Positions 19,565 to 29,500 of a stretch of DNA of 64,000 nt are shown piece by piece. Position 1 is the stretch's first letter; each line of letters starts with the position of its first letter. The stretch is from an uncultured Chloroflexia bacterium (GTDB lineage Bacteria; Chloroflexota; Limnocylindria; Limnocylindrales; CSP1-4): contig CAWEZH010000002.1 of assembly GCA_963813535.1 (NCBI GenBank), positions 1,248,001 through 1,312,000 on the forward strand, given 5' to 3'. The notes below the pieces were generated by a model that saw only the letters and a list, made by a program, of their open reading frames with translations, ran no database searches and was not told the origin of the DNA. The position numbers were made by a program, and so were the translations under genes.

Positions 19565-21093
19565 GTGAACGGATCAGCTCGACCCATCGCGCTCGCCGGG
19601 CTCGCCGGCGCGGCCGCGGCCGCACTCGGCATCGGCGTGTCCGAGGCGATCGCGGGGGTGATCGCCGGCGCGACGTCTCTGGTGGACGCCATCGGCCAGG
19701 TGGTGATCGACCTCCAGCCGCCCGGTGCCAAGGACTTCGTCGTCGAGATATTCGGGACGAACGACAAGCTCGCCCTCGAGATCGTGGTGACGCTCGTCGC
19801 GCTCGCGCTCGGCGCGGCGTTCGGCATCCTGGCCGCGCGTCGGTTCCTGTTCGGCGCCCTGGGCTTCGCCGCGTTCGGTGTGGTCGGGTTCCTGGCTGCA
19901 CTCGGCCAGCCGCTGGCGATGCCCGCCATCGTGGCGGTCCAGGCCGCTGCCGCGACGGCGATCGCGATCCAGACGTTGTCGTGGCTGCTCGGCCGCCTCA
20001 TGTCGGCACCGTCCGCGCCGAGCATCCCGGACCCGGCGCGCCGGTCGTTCCTGCTACGGACCAGCGCGGTGGGCATCGGCGCCGTGGCTGCCGGGGTGTT
20101 CGGTCGGAACGCCATCGCGTCGGGCAACTCCGCGCCGGCACCGACGATCCCGCTGCCGCCGCCCGCCGAGGTGGTGCCGCCATTTCGGCGGCCGCCGACC
20201 TCTCCCCGACCACAGCGGGCCTCACACCGATCGTCGTACCCAATGACCAGTTCTACCGGATCGACACGGCGCTCCTGGTGCCCTCGCTCGATACCGCGAC
20301 GTGGCAACTCCGTATCCACGGCCTCGTCGATCGTGAGACCACGCTCACGTGGGATCAGCTGATCTCGCTGCCGATGTTCGAGCAGTACTGCACGATCGCC
20401 TGTGTCAGCAACGAGGTCGGTGGTCACCTGGTCGGCAACGCCAAGTGGACCGGCGTCCGGTTGCGGGACGTGCTCGATATCGCCGGCCCGACGTCGTCGG
20501 CGACGCAGCTCGTCGGCCGGTCGGTCGACGGCTGGACCGCCGGGATGCCGATGGCCTGGGTCACCGATCCGGATCGCGAGCCGATGATCGCCGTCGAGAT
20601 GAACGACGAGCCGCTGCCACGCGCCCACGGCTATCCCGCACGCCTCATCATCCCGGGGCTGTACGGCTACGTGTCGGCCACGAAATGGCTCTGGGAGCTC
20701 GAGCTGACCACGTGGGAGTCGTACGACGCGTACTGGGTGCCGCTCGGCTGGTCGAAGGAGGGCCCGATCCTGACGCAGTCGCGCATCGACACCCCCCGCG
20801 GGAACATCTCGCCCGGACGCGTTCCGATCGCGGGTGTCGCGTGGGCCCCCGACCGCGGCATCAGCAAGGTCGAGGTGGGGATCGACGGGGAGTGGCGCGA
20901 AGCGCAGCTGTCCGCACCCATCACCGACGCGACATGGGTCCAGTGGGTCTACACGTGGGACGCGACCCCGGGTCCGCACGACATCTCGGTCCGGGCCACC
21001 GACGGCACCGGAGCGCTCCAGGAGGAGATCCCGTCGCGACCGGCACCCGACGGGGCGCGCGGCTGGCACGCGGTCTCCGTCGACGTCGCCTGA
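19565..21093 (+). CDS. Membrane-anchored molybdopterin oxidoreductase (sulfite oxidase-like), frameshift near 20180
   Basis: TM N-terminus and RRSFL; FYRID, CVSN, GNAKWTGV, HGYPARL, YGYVSATKW in the second frame. Confidence 0.88.
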
Positions 21094-21124
21094 CCCACGG
21101 GGCGTTTGGGTATAGAGTCGAGTC

Positions 21125-21706
21125 ATGCCGCGACGGCGCTACATCTTCGACCCGCCCGACCGATTCGTGGCCGGAACCGTCGGCCAACCGGGCGATCGGA
21201 CCTTCTTCCTCCAGGCCCGTGAGGGCGGTCGGGTCGTCTCGGTGGCACTCGAGAAGGTGCAGGTCGCGGTGCTTGCCGAGCGGCTTGGTGCCCTCCTCGA
21301 CGAGCTCGACCTGCGGGGCATCGCCGACCCCACCGACGACGAGCCGGTCGCCACATCGCCGGCCGAGGCCACCCTCGAAAGTGAGACGCTCGACGAGCCA
21401 CTGAACGAAGCGTTCCGGGCCGGGTCATTGACCCTCGGCTGGGACGGCGGGGCGGAGCGCGTCCTGGTCGAGGCACGCGCACAGGACGACGACGGCGAAG
21501 CCATCGATCCCGACGATGATGACGACGAGGACGACGATGGCCCGGACCTGCTGCGTGTCCGCATGACCGCCGCGGCGGCGCGCACGTTCGTCGCTCGCGC
21601 GACGCAGGTCGTGGCGTCGGGCCGTCCACCGTGCCCGCTGTGCGGCGCGCCGCTCGATCCGCGAGGGCACATCTGCCCGCGGCGCAACGGCCACTACGTG
21701 AACTAG
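21125..21706 (+). CDS. DUF3090 family protein
   Basis: FVAGTVGQPGDRTFFLQA, LEKVQV, GRPPCPLCGAPLDPRGHICPRRNGH. Confidence 0.9.
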   Translation: MPRRRYIFDPPDRFVAGTVGQPGDRTFFLQAREGGRVVSVALEKVQVAVLAERLGALLDELDLRGIADPTDDEPVATSPAEATLESETLDEPLNEAFRAGSLTLGWDGGAERVLVEARAQDDDGEAIDPDDDDDEDDDGPDLLRVRMTAAAARTFVARATQVVASGRPPCPLCGAPLDPRGHICPRRNGHYVN

Positions 21707-21825
21707 CTTCTTGTCGCGACGGATGTCGCGAATGTCGAACAGAGCCTCAGGAGGCGGCTGCGATCGTCGGCCGGCCGCTCATTCGAGTCGGGGTCCCGGC
21801 GTCGAGACGATCCCCGCAGCGCCGC

Positions 21826-23163
21826 GTGAAGTACGATGCAACAACCGTGGCACTGCGCGTCCTCCGGCTAGTCGCCGTCGCATCGATCTTCGCCTTTGTG
21901 CTCACCGCGCGCACGGTCATGCCGACCTACGCAAACACGGATGACCCGGCCGCCGACCCGTTGCCCGCAGACGTCGATGTGTCTTCGACCGATCTCGGTC
22001 AGGAGCCACCGCCGCCCGATCCAACGCCGGTCGAGGAGGAGCCGCCTCCCGAAGACCCCGTCGAGCCGGCCCCGACGGACCCGCCACCCACCGACACGCC
22101 AGGGACTGTCTTGGTGCCGACGGATCCTCCGGTCGCGGCGGAGCCGCCACCCGCCGACATGGTCGAGCCGGCCCCGACCGACCCGCCACTCCCCGACGCG
22201 GTCGAGGCTGTCGAGCCGCCGCCGGTCGCGGCGGAGCCGCCACCCGCCGACATGGTCGAGCCGGCCCCGACCGACCCGCCACCCACCGACACGCCAGGGA
22301 CTGACTTGCTGCCGACCGATCCTCCGGTCGCGGCGGAGCCGCCTCCCGCAGACGCCGTCGAGCCGGCCCTGGCGGACCCGGCGGAATCGGACCCGACCCG
22401 ATCGCCAGTCCCCGACCCGGCCACCGCCATCCCCGATCCGGCTGACTCCGACCCGTCGGCGGCCGAGCCGGCTCCGCGGGTCCCGTCGACTCATCGGTCG
22501 CCCGAGCCTATCCCGCCCGTCGCCGACGATCCGGCGCAAACAGCGACGGCGCCCGTCACTGCCAACGCGAGCACCCTGGCGAAAGCGACGGACGGCGGGT
22601 CAGATGTACCAGCCCACACGATGACCCTCGATTCGGCGGTCGCCGCTGGGGCCGGGCTCGCGGTCGGATTTGTGGTCACGAACCAAGCCCCAAGCAGCGT
22701 GGCGGTCGCCATCGAGTTCGGACGCGCGGGCGGTGGGTGGGCCGGCGCGATCGTGTTCAACGTCTGGCTTCGCCGGCAGATGCGCATGCGTCGCATCAGC
22801 CAGCGTCAGCTCGCGGCCCTCGCCGGCATCGACCACTCCACGATCTCGCGGCTGCTCCGGGAGGATCGACGGCCGTCGCTCACGACGGCGACGAAGCTCG
22901 CCGGGGCCCTCAAGAAGGTGCCAGGCGAGCAAGCTGAGCCCGAAACGGCCGACTACTTCGAACGCAACCCGGAAGAAACGGTCTTCCCGGCGAGAAGGGT
23001 GGAGTTGGCCCTCAGGGCGGACGAGCTGCTCGACGAGGAACAGGTCCGGCGTCTGATGAACATCTATCTTGACGCCCGTCGGAGGCACCAGGCATTGGGG
23101 ACGAGCCCGTCCGCGCCCACCCGCGCCGGGCCAGCGCGCGCCGCCCCCGACCCGCGCCGCTGA
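21826..23163 (+). CDS. Signal-peptide-like, Pro-rich repeat protein fused to an XRE-family HTH
   Basis: Hydrophobic N-terminus, Pro/Asp/Glu repeats, a second weakly hydrophobic segment, then SQRQLAALAGIDHSTISRLLREDRRPSL. Confidence 0.7.
   Translation: MKYDATTVALRVLRLVAVASIFAFVLTARTVMPTYANTDDPAADPLPADVDVSSTDLGQEPPPPDPTPVEEEPPPEDPVEPAPTDPPPTDTPGTVLVPTDPPVAAEPPPADMVEPAPTDPPLPDAVEAVEPPPVAAEPPPADMVEPAPTDPPPTDTPGTDLLPTDPPVAAEPPPADAVEPALADPAESDPTRSPVPDPATAIPDPADSDPSAAEPAPRVPSTHRSPEPIPPVADDPAQTATAPVTANASTLAKATDGGSDVPAHTMTLDSAVAAGAGLAVGFVVTNQAPSSVAVAIEFGRAGGGWAGAIVFNVWLRRQMRMRRISQRQLAALAGIDHSTISRLLREDRRPSLTTATKLAGALKKVPGEQAEPETADYFERNPEETVFPARRVELALRADELLDEEQVRRLMNIYLDARRRHQALGTSPSAPTRAGPARAAPDPRR
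22060..22372 (+). repeat. Internal tandem repeats, about 93-102 bp units
   Basis: Recurrent VEPAPTDPP...PPVAAEPPPAD units with near-identical DNA. Confidence 0.85.
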
Positions 23164-23336
23164 GCGCGGCGCACTGCGATCGTTCTGGGACGTCCGCCAT
23201 CCTTTCCCTCAGTGCCCGGTCGGCCCGGACCCGTTGGCCGCCGAGACGGGCCTAGGACGGCCCAAGGCGCTGTGCTGTGCCGTGAGTTCGTCTTCGCAGA
23301 TATGATGCTGGAAGTGATGCAAACGGCTCATCCCCG

Positions 23337-23360
23337 CACGATGCCCAGTACGTGACCTAG
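23337..23360 (+). repeat. Degenerate copy of the DUF3090 3' end
   Basis: cacgatgcccagtacgtgacctag vs 21683-21706 cgcaacggccactacgtgaactag; 18/24 identical, stop codons aligned. Confidence 0.55.
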
Positions 23361-23368
23361 GCGACCGC

Positions 23369-24106
23369 GTGCTCGATCGCGCTTCGGCGCTTGAGGTGCT
23401 CCGCGACGGCGAGATCGAGGTCGTCGGGCGCATCCTGGGGTCGAGCAACAACGCGCTCTTCGTGACCGTGTCGCTGCCCTGCCCGGATCCCGCCGAGCCG
23501 CCGCGCGTCCTCGAGGCGATCCACAAGCCGACGATCGGCGAGCGGCCGCTCGACGATTTCCCCGACGGGACGCTCACCCGCCGGGAGGTCGCCGCCTACC
23601 TGGTCTCGGAGGCGAGCGGATGGGACGTCGTGCCACCGACCGTCTTGCGCGACGGGCCGTTCGGCGAGGGCATGGTCCAAACCTTCATCGAGCCGGACCC
23701 CAGCGTCGATGTCATCGGCTGGATCAACGACGACGACCCTCGGCTGCGCCGGATGGCGACGTTCGACGCGGCCGTGAACAACACGGATCGCAAGGGTGGC
23801 CACATCCTGCCGGTCGACGGCGGACAGCACGTCTACGGCGTCGATCACGGGGTGTGCTTCTCGGTGGTGCCGAAGCTACGGACCGTGCTGTGGGCCTGGC
23901 GCGGCGACCCGATGCTCCCCGACGAGCTGGCAGGGCTCGAACGGATCCGCGATGCACTCGACGGCGGTCTTGGCGCGGACCTGCGGTCGCTCCTCAGCCG
24001 GGCCGAGGTACGGGCGACGATCAGGCGGGTCGACGACCTGCTCGCCCGGAAGGTGTTCCCGCTCCCCTCCCCCACCTGGCCGGCGATCCCCTGGCCGCCG
24101 ATCTGA
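23369..24106 (+). CDS. SCO1664 family protein (kinase-like)
   Basis: GERPLDDFPDGTL..REVAAY, VPPTVLRDGPFG, NNTDRKGGH, GVDHG, WPAIPWPP. Confidence 0.92.
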   Translation: MLDRASALEVLRDGEIEVVGRILGSSNNALFVTVSLPCPDPAEPPRVLEAIHKPTIGERPLDDFPDGTLTRREVAAYLVSEASGWDVVPPTVLRDGPFGEGMVQTFIEPDPSVDVIGWINDDDPRLRRMATFDAAVNNTDRKGGHILPVDGGQHVYGVDHGVCFSVVPKLRTVLWAWRGDPMLPDELAGLERIRDALDGGLGADLRSLLSRAEVRATIRRVDDLLARKVFPLPSPTWPAIPWPPI

Positions 24107-24140
24107 CGGTTCGTCCAGGAAAGGTCCCCGGAAACGAAGA

Positions 24141-24170
24141 GACCCGGCGGACTTGGGCGTCCGCCGGGTC
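24141..24170. terminator. Hairpin between convergent genes
   Basis: GACCCGGCGGAC-ttgggc-GTCCGCCGGGTC. Confidence 0.75.
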
Positions 24171-24184
24171 GTCGTTGCTGCGGA

Positions 24185-24657
24185 TCAGGCCCGACCGAAG
24201 AGGGCCTTGATGTTCGACTGGAACAGGTAGTACAGGATGATCACATTGATGGCGACGCTGATGACCTGGCCCGAGATGTCGCCTCCGCCGACGATGGTGG
24301 CGGCGGACAGCCCCAGGCTGATGATGGACAGCGCCACGCCCAGGGGCCACGCCCAAGGCTGGAGGGTCCACGCGCCGTAGGCGAAGGCCAGGCTCGCGAT
24401 ACCCGTGACCAGGGCGACGATGCCGAAGACGGCCCCGAGGCCGAACAGGCCCGCGGTGCCGGTCGAGGCAGCGAGGAACCCGCCGAGTCCCACGAGGGCG
24501 ACGCCGCCGAGGATCCCGAGCACGCCGCCGATCGCGGAGAGGACCGCCAGTACGGTGATGCCGGTCGGGCGAGCGGACGTCGATGCAGGTGCAGGAGTAG
24601 GCGTTGGTGTCGATGAAGGTGTGGCGTAGGCGTAGGCGTAGGCGTAGGTTCGGCCAT
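24185..24657 (-). CDS. Small multi-TM membrane protein, frameshift near 24624
   Basis: GGAGG RBS then [12 protein letters not shown], shifting to SSTPTP..RPTGITVLAVL..ILYYLFQSNIKALFG. Confidence 0.75.
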
Positions 24658-24772
24658 GCTGTGTTGTGCCTCCCTCTGATGACCGCGCTGTGGCGGCCTC
24701 CGGGCATGGTAGACCCAAGTCCCGGTCTGACAAGGCCCTCTTCGGGGCCCGACGATGGTCCTGTGGTAGCGA

Positions 24773-25282
24773 TCAGTCGATGAGCTCGTCCGCCAGGAGT
24801 TCCATCAGCATGGCGTCGACCCACGTGCCGTCGGCCATGCGCTGATAGCGACGCATCCGCCCGACCAGCCGGAATCCGACCTTCTCGTACGCGCTGATCG
24901 CACGTTCGTTGTCGGCGGCCGGGTCGATGGTGATCCGATGGTGGCCGTCCTCGTCGATGAGGCGGCGTGCGAGGAGCCGGATCGCGGTGGGGCCGATGCC
25001 GTGACCCTGGGTCTCCTCGTCGAGGAACAAGTCGATCCCCGCGTGGCGGAACTCCGGTTCGGTCTCCTCGGCGCTCTGGATGGCCCCGACCAGGCGGCCA
25101 TCGACCTCGATGGCGTACACGCGCACGTCGGGCTCGCCGACGATGATCTCGCGCTCGACGCGTTCGTCGTCCCATTCGCCCCACCAGCGCGCCACGCTGG
25201 GCTGCGCGAGCATGGTCGCGAGGGCTGGCGCATCCTCGGGCAGGATGGGACGGATCGTGATGGCGGGTGCGAAGACGGTCAT
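24773..25282 (-). CDS. GNAT N-acetyltransferase (AAC(6')-like)
   Basis: VARWW, GIDLFL, QGHGIG, IDPAADNERAISAYEKVGF. Confidence 0.92.
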   Translation of the reverse strand: MTVFAPAITIRPILPEDAPALATMLAQPSVARWWGEWDDERVEREIIVGEPDVRVYAIEVDGRLVGAIQSAEETEPEFRHAGIDLFLDEETQGHGIGPTAIRLLARRLIDEDGHHRITIDPAADNERAISAYEKVGFRLVGRMRRYQRMADGTWVDAMLMELLADELID

Positions 25283-25561
25283 GCCCGGCAGGGTAGCGGG
25301 TCGATGCAAGTCCCGACGATCGAGCATGGGACGATGGTCCCGGAGCGTCGAAGCTGCGCATGCGCTATAGTCGTTAGGTCACCGGTCCGCAGCGACGGCC
25401 CCGGTCGAGCGCCTCGATAACGGACGCTCCCGGTACTCCGCCCGGACCACCACTACCGCTCCGCCCCCGATATCGGCATGCGATGCGGAGAAACAACCAG
25501 GGTCGCTGCCCAGGCACAGATCGCCTGAGGCGCGCCAGAAAGAACGAAGAACAACACTCGA

Positions 25562-25777
25562 ATGATGACCCGAACAGCGACGGCGACGTACGCCGGTCGC
25601 GCCAGTTCCATGCGTCGATTGCGCCGCCGCGCCGGCGCCGCCCACACCAACCCGGATCGACCCTTCTGTCGCACCAATGGCTGCGCCAGTTTCCTTGAGG
25701 TCGATGCCTCCGCCGGTACGGCTACGTGCGCCGTCTGCGGCTCGACGCAGCGATCGCGCTCGCGTCGCACTGACTAG
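25562..25777 (+). CDS. Small basic Zn-ribbon-like protein
   Basis: CRTNGC...CAVCG motif; A-rich initiation region; TATAGT -10-like hexamer at 25366. Confidence 0.55.
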   Translation: MMTRTATATYAGRASSMRRLRRRAGAAHTNPDRPFCRTNGCASFLEVDASAGTATCAVCGSTQRSRSRRTD

Positions 25778-25885
25778 TACCAAGGATCCGTCCCGCGCGA
25801 TGTTGACGCAGGCGGCAGACCTCGCCAGCATCCTCGCATCGACGCATGCCGCCTCAGCGCATGCTGCAACGATCGAGGTGGCCCG

Positions 25886-26197
25886 ATGACCGACCCCACG
25901 CGTGACCCGGCAGCACCTGCGGATGGCGCCATGGACGACTTCGTCCAGTCGGCCAAGGATGCGGTCTCCGGCGTCGCGGATGCTGTCGGTGGTGCGGTGC
26001 ACGACACCGCCGGCGGCGCCGGCGGCGCGATCGATCAGGCCGGCGACGCGGCACAGGACATCGCCACAGACGCAGGCGCAACGGCGCAGGGCGCAGCTGC
26101 CAAGGCCGGCGACATCGCTCAGGACGCCGCGGGCTCCGCGCAGGAGGCTGCGGGCGGCTTCATGGGCTGGTTGCGCGGCCTCTTCGGCGGTCGCTGA
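25886..26197 (+). CDS. Ala/Asp-rich small protein, stress-protein-like
   Basis: GAGG RBS, amphipathic repeats, C-terminal GFMGWLRGLFG. Confidence 0.7.
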   Translation: MTDPTRDPAAPADGAMDDFVQSAKDAVSGVADAVGGAVHDTAGGAGGAIDQAGDAAQDIATDAGATAQGAAAKAGDIAQDAAGSAQEAAGGFMGWLRGLFGGR

Positions 26198-26451
26198 CCG
26201 GCCCTACTCCGACCCGGGCGGCTCGCCCCGGCCGGCGCGACGCCGGCATTCCTGAGTATCCGATGGGCCAGCGCGCGGTCCCCGGCCGCTGTGTCGTCCT
26301 CGAGCGGGAGTCGCTGCCCCGTATACGGCAGGTCGTCGAATCGGCCGTCATCCATGGCCTCGCGGATCTGCCGTTCGACCAACGTCTCTCGCACCCTCTC
26401 GCGCGACGGTTCGGTGGGGTCGGGGCGCTCGGGATCCCGTTCGAAACCCAT
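26119..26451 (-). CDS. DUF1992 domain protein, C-terminus uncertain
   Basis: VERQIREAMDDGRFDDLPYTGQRL...RILRNAGVAP. Confidence 0.75.
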   Translation of the reverse strand: MGFERDPERPDPTEPSRERVRETLVERQIREAMDDGRFDDLPYTGQRLPLEDDTAAGDRALAHRILRNAGVAPAGASRPGRSRAGQRPPKRPRNQPMKPPAASCAEPAAS

Positions 26452-26514
26452 GGCCCGAGCGTAGCGCAGGGCGCCGACAGGCAACCTGTCGCTGAGCGAG
26501 GCTAAGGTTTCGGC

Positions 26515-29500
26515 GTGCAGTCGATCGACGGACGACCCGTCTACGCCGCCACGGACCTGGTCGCCTATCTCGCCTGCGAGCACCTCACGGAGCTCGAACG
26601 CGCGGCGATGGCGGGCCTGGTGAAGCGGCCGATGCGTGCCGATCCCGAGCTCGACGTGATCCGCAAGCGCGGCTTCGAGCACGAGCAACGCTATCTCGGC
26701 GAGCTCGAGGCGGCCGGGCGGACGATCAGACGCATCGAGCTCGATGGCTCGATCGAGGACGATGGCACTCGACTCCGTGCTGCGGCCGACCAGACGATCG
26801 CGGCGATGGCCTCGGGCGTGGACGTCGTCTTCCAGGCGACGTTCTTCGACGGCACGTGGCGCGGTCACGCCGACTTCCTGCTCCGCGTCGACGATGTCGA
26901 CCGGCCGTCGGTCTGGGGCGATTTCCACTACGAGGTGGCGGACACCAAGCTGGCCCGACACGTCAAGGCGAGCGCGGTGCTCCAGATCTGCTCGTATGTC
27001 GACCAACTCGAGCGGATCCAGGGCGTGCGGCCCGAGTGGTTGCGTGTGGTGCTGGGCGGGTCGGCGCGGGCCGTCGAGCGGCTCCGGGTCGACGACTACA
27101 TGGCGTATTACCGGGGTGCACGCGATCGGTTCCTCGCCGCCGTCTCCGATGGCCGGCCCGTGGCGTACCCGCCACCCGAGACCTACCCCGAGCCCGTCGA
27201 TCATTGCGATGTCTGCCGGTGGGCCGCGGAATGCGCCCAGCGACGCAGGGACGACGATCACCTCAGCCTCGTCGCCGGGATCTCGGCGCGTCAGCGTCGC
27301 GCGCTCGGCGAGCGCGGGATCGCGACGCTCGAGGCCCTGGGCGACCTCGAGCTGCCGATGACCCCGCGGCTCGACGGGACGTCGGAGGGTGCCCTGACCC
27401 GGGTCCGGGAGCAGGCGCGCATCCAGCTGGAGGGCCGGCGCCAACGCCGGATGCGCTACGAGCTGCTGTTGCCGCCACCGGGCGAGCCGTACGAGGCCGA
27501 GCGCGGTCTCGCCTCGCTTCCGCCGCCGTCGCCCGGTGACCTCTTCTTCGACATCGAAGGGGACCCCTATGCGTTCGAAGACGGCCTCGACTACCTCTTC
27601 GGTGTCCTCGACGTCGACGGCCAATTCGAGGCCATCTGGTCGCGCGATCCCGACGGGGAGTTCACACTCCAGGCCGAACGCACGGCGTTCGAATCCTTGA
27701 TGGATCTCCTGATGGCGCGGCTCGATGCCGACCCGTCGATGCACGTCTACCACTACGCACCGTACGAGCCGACCGCGCTCAAGCGCCTGATGGGTCGCTA
27801 CGGGACGCGCGAAGCGGAGGTCGATCGACTGCTCCGCGAGGGTGTGCTGGTCGACCTGTTGCGCGGAGTCCGCCAATCCCTGCGGGCGTCGGTCGAGAGC
27901 TACTCGATCAAGAAGATGGAGGCCTTCTACGATTTCGAGCGCGAGGTCGACCTCCGCGATGCCGGCTCGAGCGTGGTGGCGTTCGAGACGTGGCTGGAGC
28001 TGGGCGAAGGGGAACGGCCCGAGACGGACATCCTCGAACGGATCCAGCGCTACAACCGCGACGACGTCGTGTCGAACCAGCGATTGCGCGACTGGTTGGA
28101 ACAACGGCGCGACGAGCTGATCGCCACCGGAATCGACGTGCCCCGCCCGGCACCTCGCGAGACGCCTCTGCCGGAGGACGTGACGGAGACGCAGGCACGC
28201 GTCGAGGCGCTGGCCGCACGTCTGATCGACCGGGACTATGTGCCCGGGGATGGCGACGAGCGACCGACACACGTCCATGCTCGCTGGCTCCTGGCACAGT
28301 TGCTGAGCTGGCATCGGCGCGAGGACAAGGCGATGTGGTGGGACTTCCATCGGCTGATGGACCTCACGCCCGAGCAGCTCGTCGACGAGTCGGATCCCAT
28401 CGGCCTCCTCGAGCCGGTCGCTGCGCTCGACGAGGAGGTGAAGGGCAAGCAGACGTGGCGGTACGCGTTCCCGCCACAGGATTTCGATCTGACGCGCGAG
28501 GTGTACGACCCTGCCCAGAAGCAGGCCCGACCGGATGACTCGCCGTTCCGCTGGGACGTCGGCGAGGTCGTCGCGCACGACATCGCCTCTGGCACCGTCG
28601 ACATCAAGCGTGACACGAGCAAGCCGCATCCGCGGGCGATCGTTCCGCTGCCGTGGGTCCGGGCCAAGGCGCACCAGGAACGGCTCATCGAGATCGGCGA
28701 GTGGGTCGCCGAGCACGGGATCGAAGGTCCCGGGGCACACCGCGCGATCCGCGAGCTCCTCCACGGCATGCCGCCACGCGCGGGCCAGTCGCCTGGTGAG
28801 TCCCTCGCCCGACCGGACGAGTCAAACGTCGAGGCCGCCCGACGGCTTGTGCTCGCTCTCGACCACTCGACGCTGGCGATCCAGGGCCCACCCGGGTCGG
28901 GCAAGACGTTCAGCGGTGCCCGGATGATCTGCACCCTGCTCGCTGCCGGAAAGCGGGTCGGCATCACCGGGACGAGTCACAAGGTTATCGGCAACCTGCT
29001 CGCGGAGGTGCTGCGTGCCGCCGTCGATGAGGGCATCGAGGTCCGCCCCGTCCAGCACGGCCAGCCGCACCAGCTGCTGGAAGACGAGCGGGTCGTCCGG
29101 GCCAAGGATGCCGACGACGTGCGCCATCGATTGGAGGACGGCCGCTCGAATCTCGCCGCGGGGACGTCATGGTTGTGGGCCTCGTCCAAGGTCGCCGATG
29201 GACTCGATGTGCTGTTCGTCGACGAGGCCGGCCAGATCTCGCTCGCCAACGTGGCTGCGATGTCGACGGCCACCGCGAGCATCGTCCTGCTGGGAGACCC
29301 GCAGCAGCTCGACCAGCCACTTCGCGGCTCGCACCCGCCCGGCGCCGAACGGTCGGCGCTCGCCCACGTCCTGGGCGGGGCAGCCACGATCGCCGCCGAT
29401 CGCGGCCTGTTCCTCGAACGGACGTGGCGGTTGCACCCGCGGCTGTGCGCCTTCACGTCCGAGGTCTTCTACGACGATCGGTTGGAGCCCGAACCGCACC

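Noticed and set aside
21712-21738. TGTCGCGA direct repeats upstream of the HTH fusion gene
   Set aside because: Spacing is 12 and 9 bp, not 11; too short to support on their own.
22060-22372. ~100-bp repeats as a CRISPR or non-coding array
   Set aside because: In-frame coding repeats with no repeat-spacer structure.
25865-25870. Lone TGCAAC half-site
   Set aside because: No partner half-site 11 bp away and it abuts the RBS.
26452-28764. Most of the 881-aa minus-strand ORF
   Set aside because: Antisense shadow of the TM0106 gene; only the DUF1992 portion from 26451 downward looks real.
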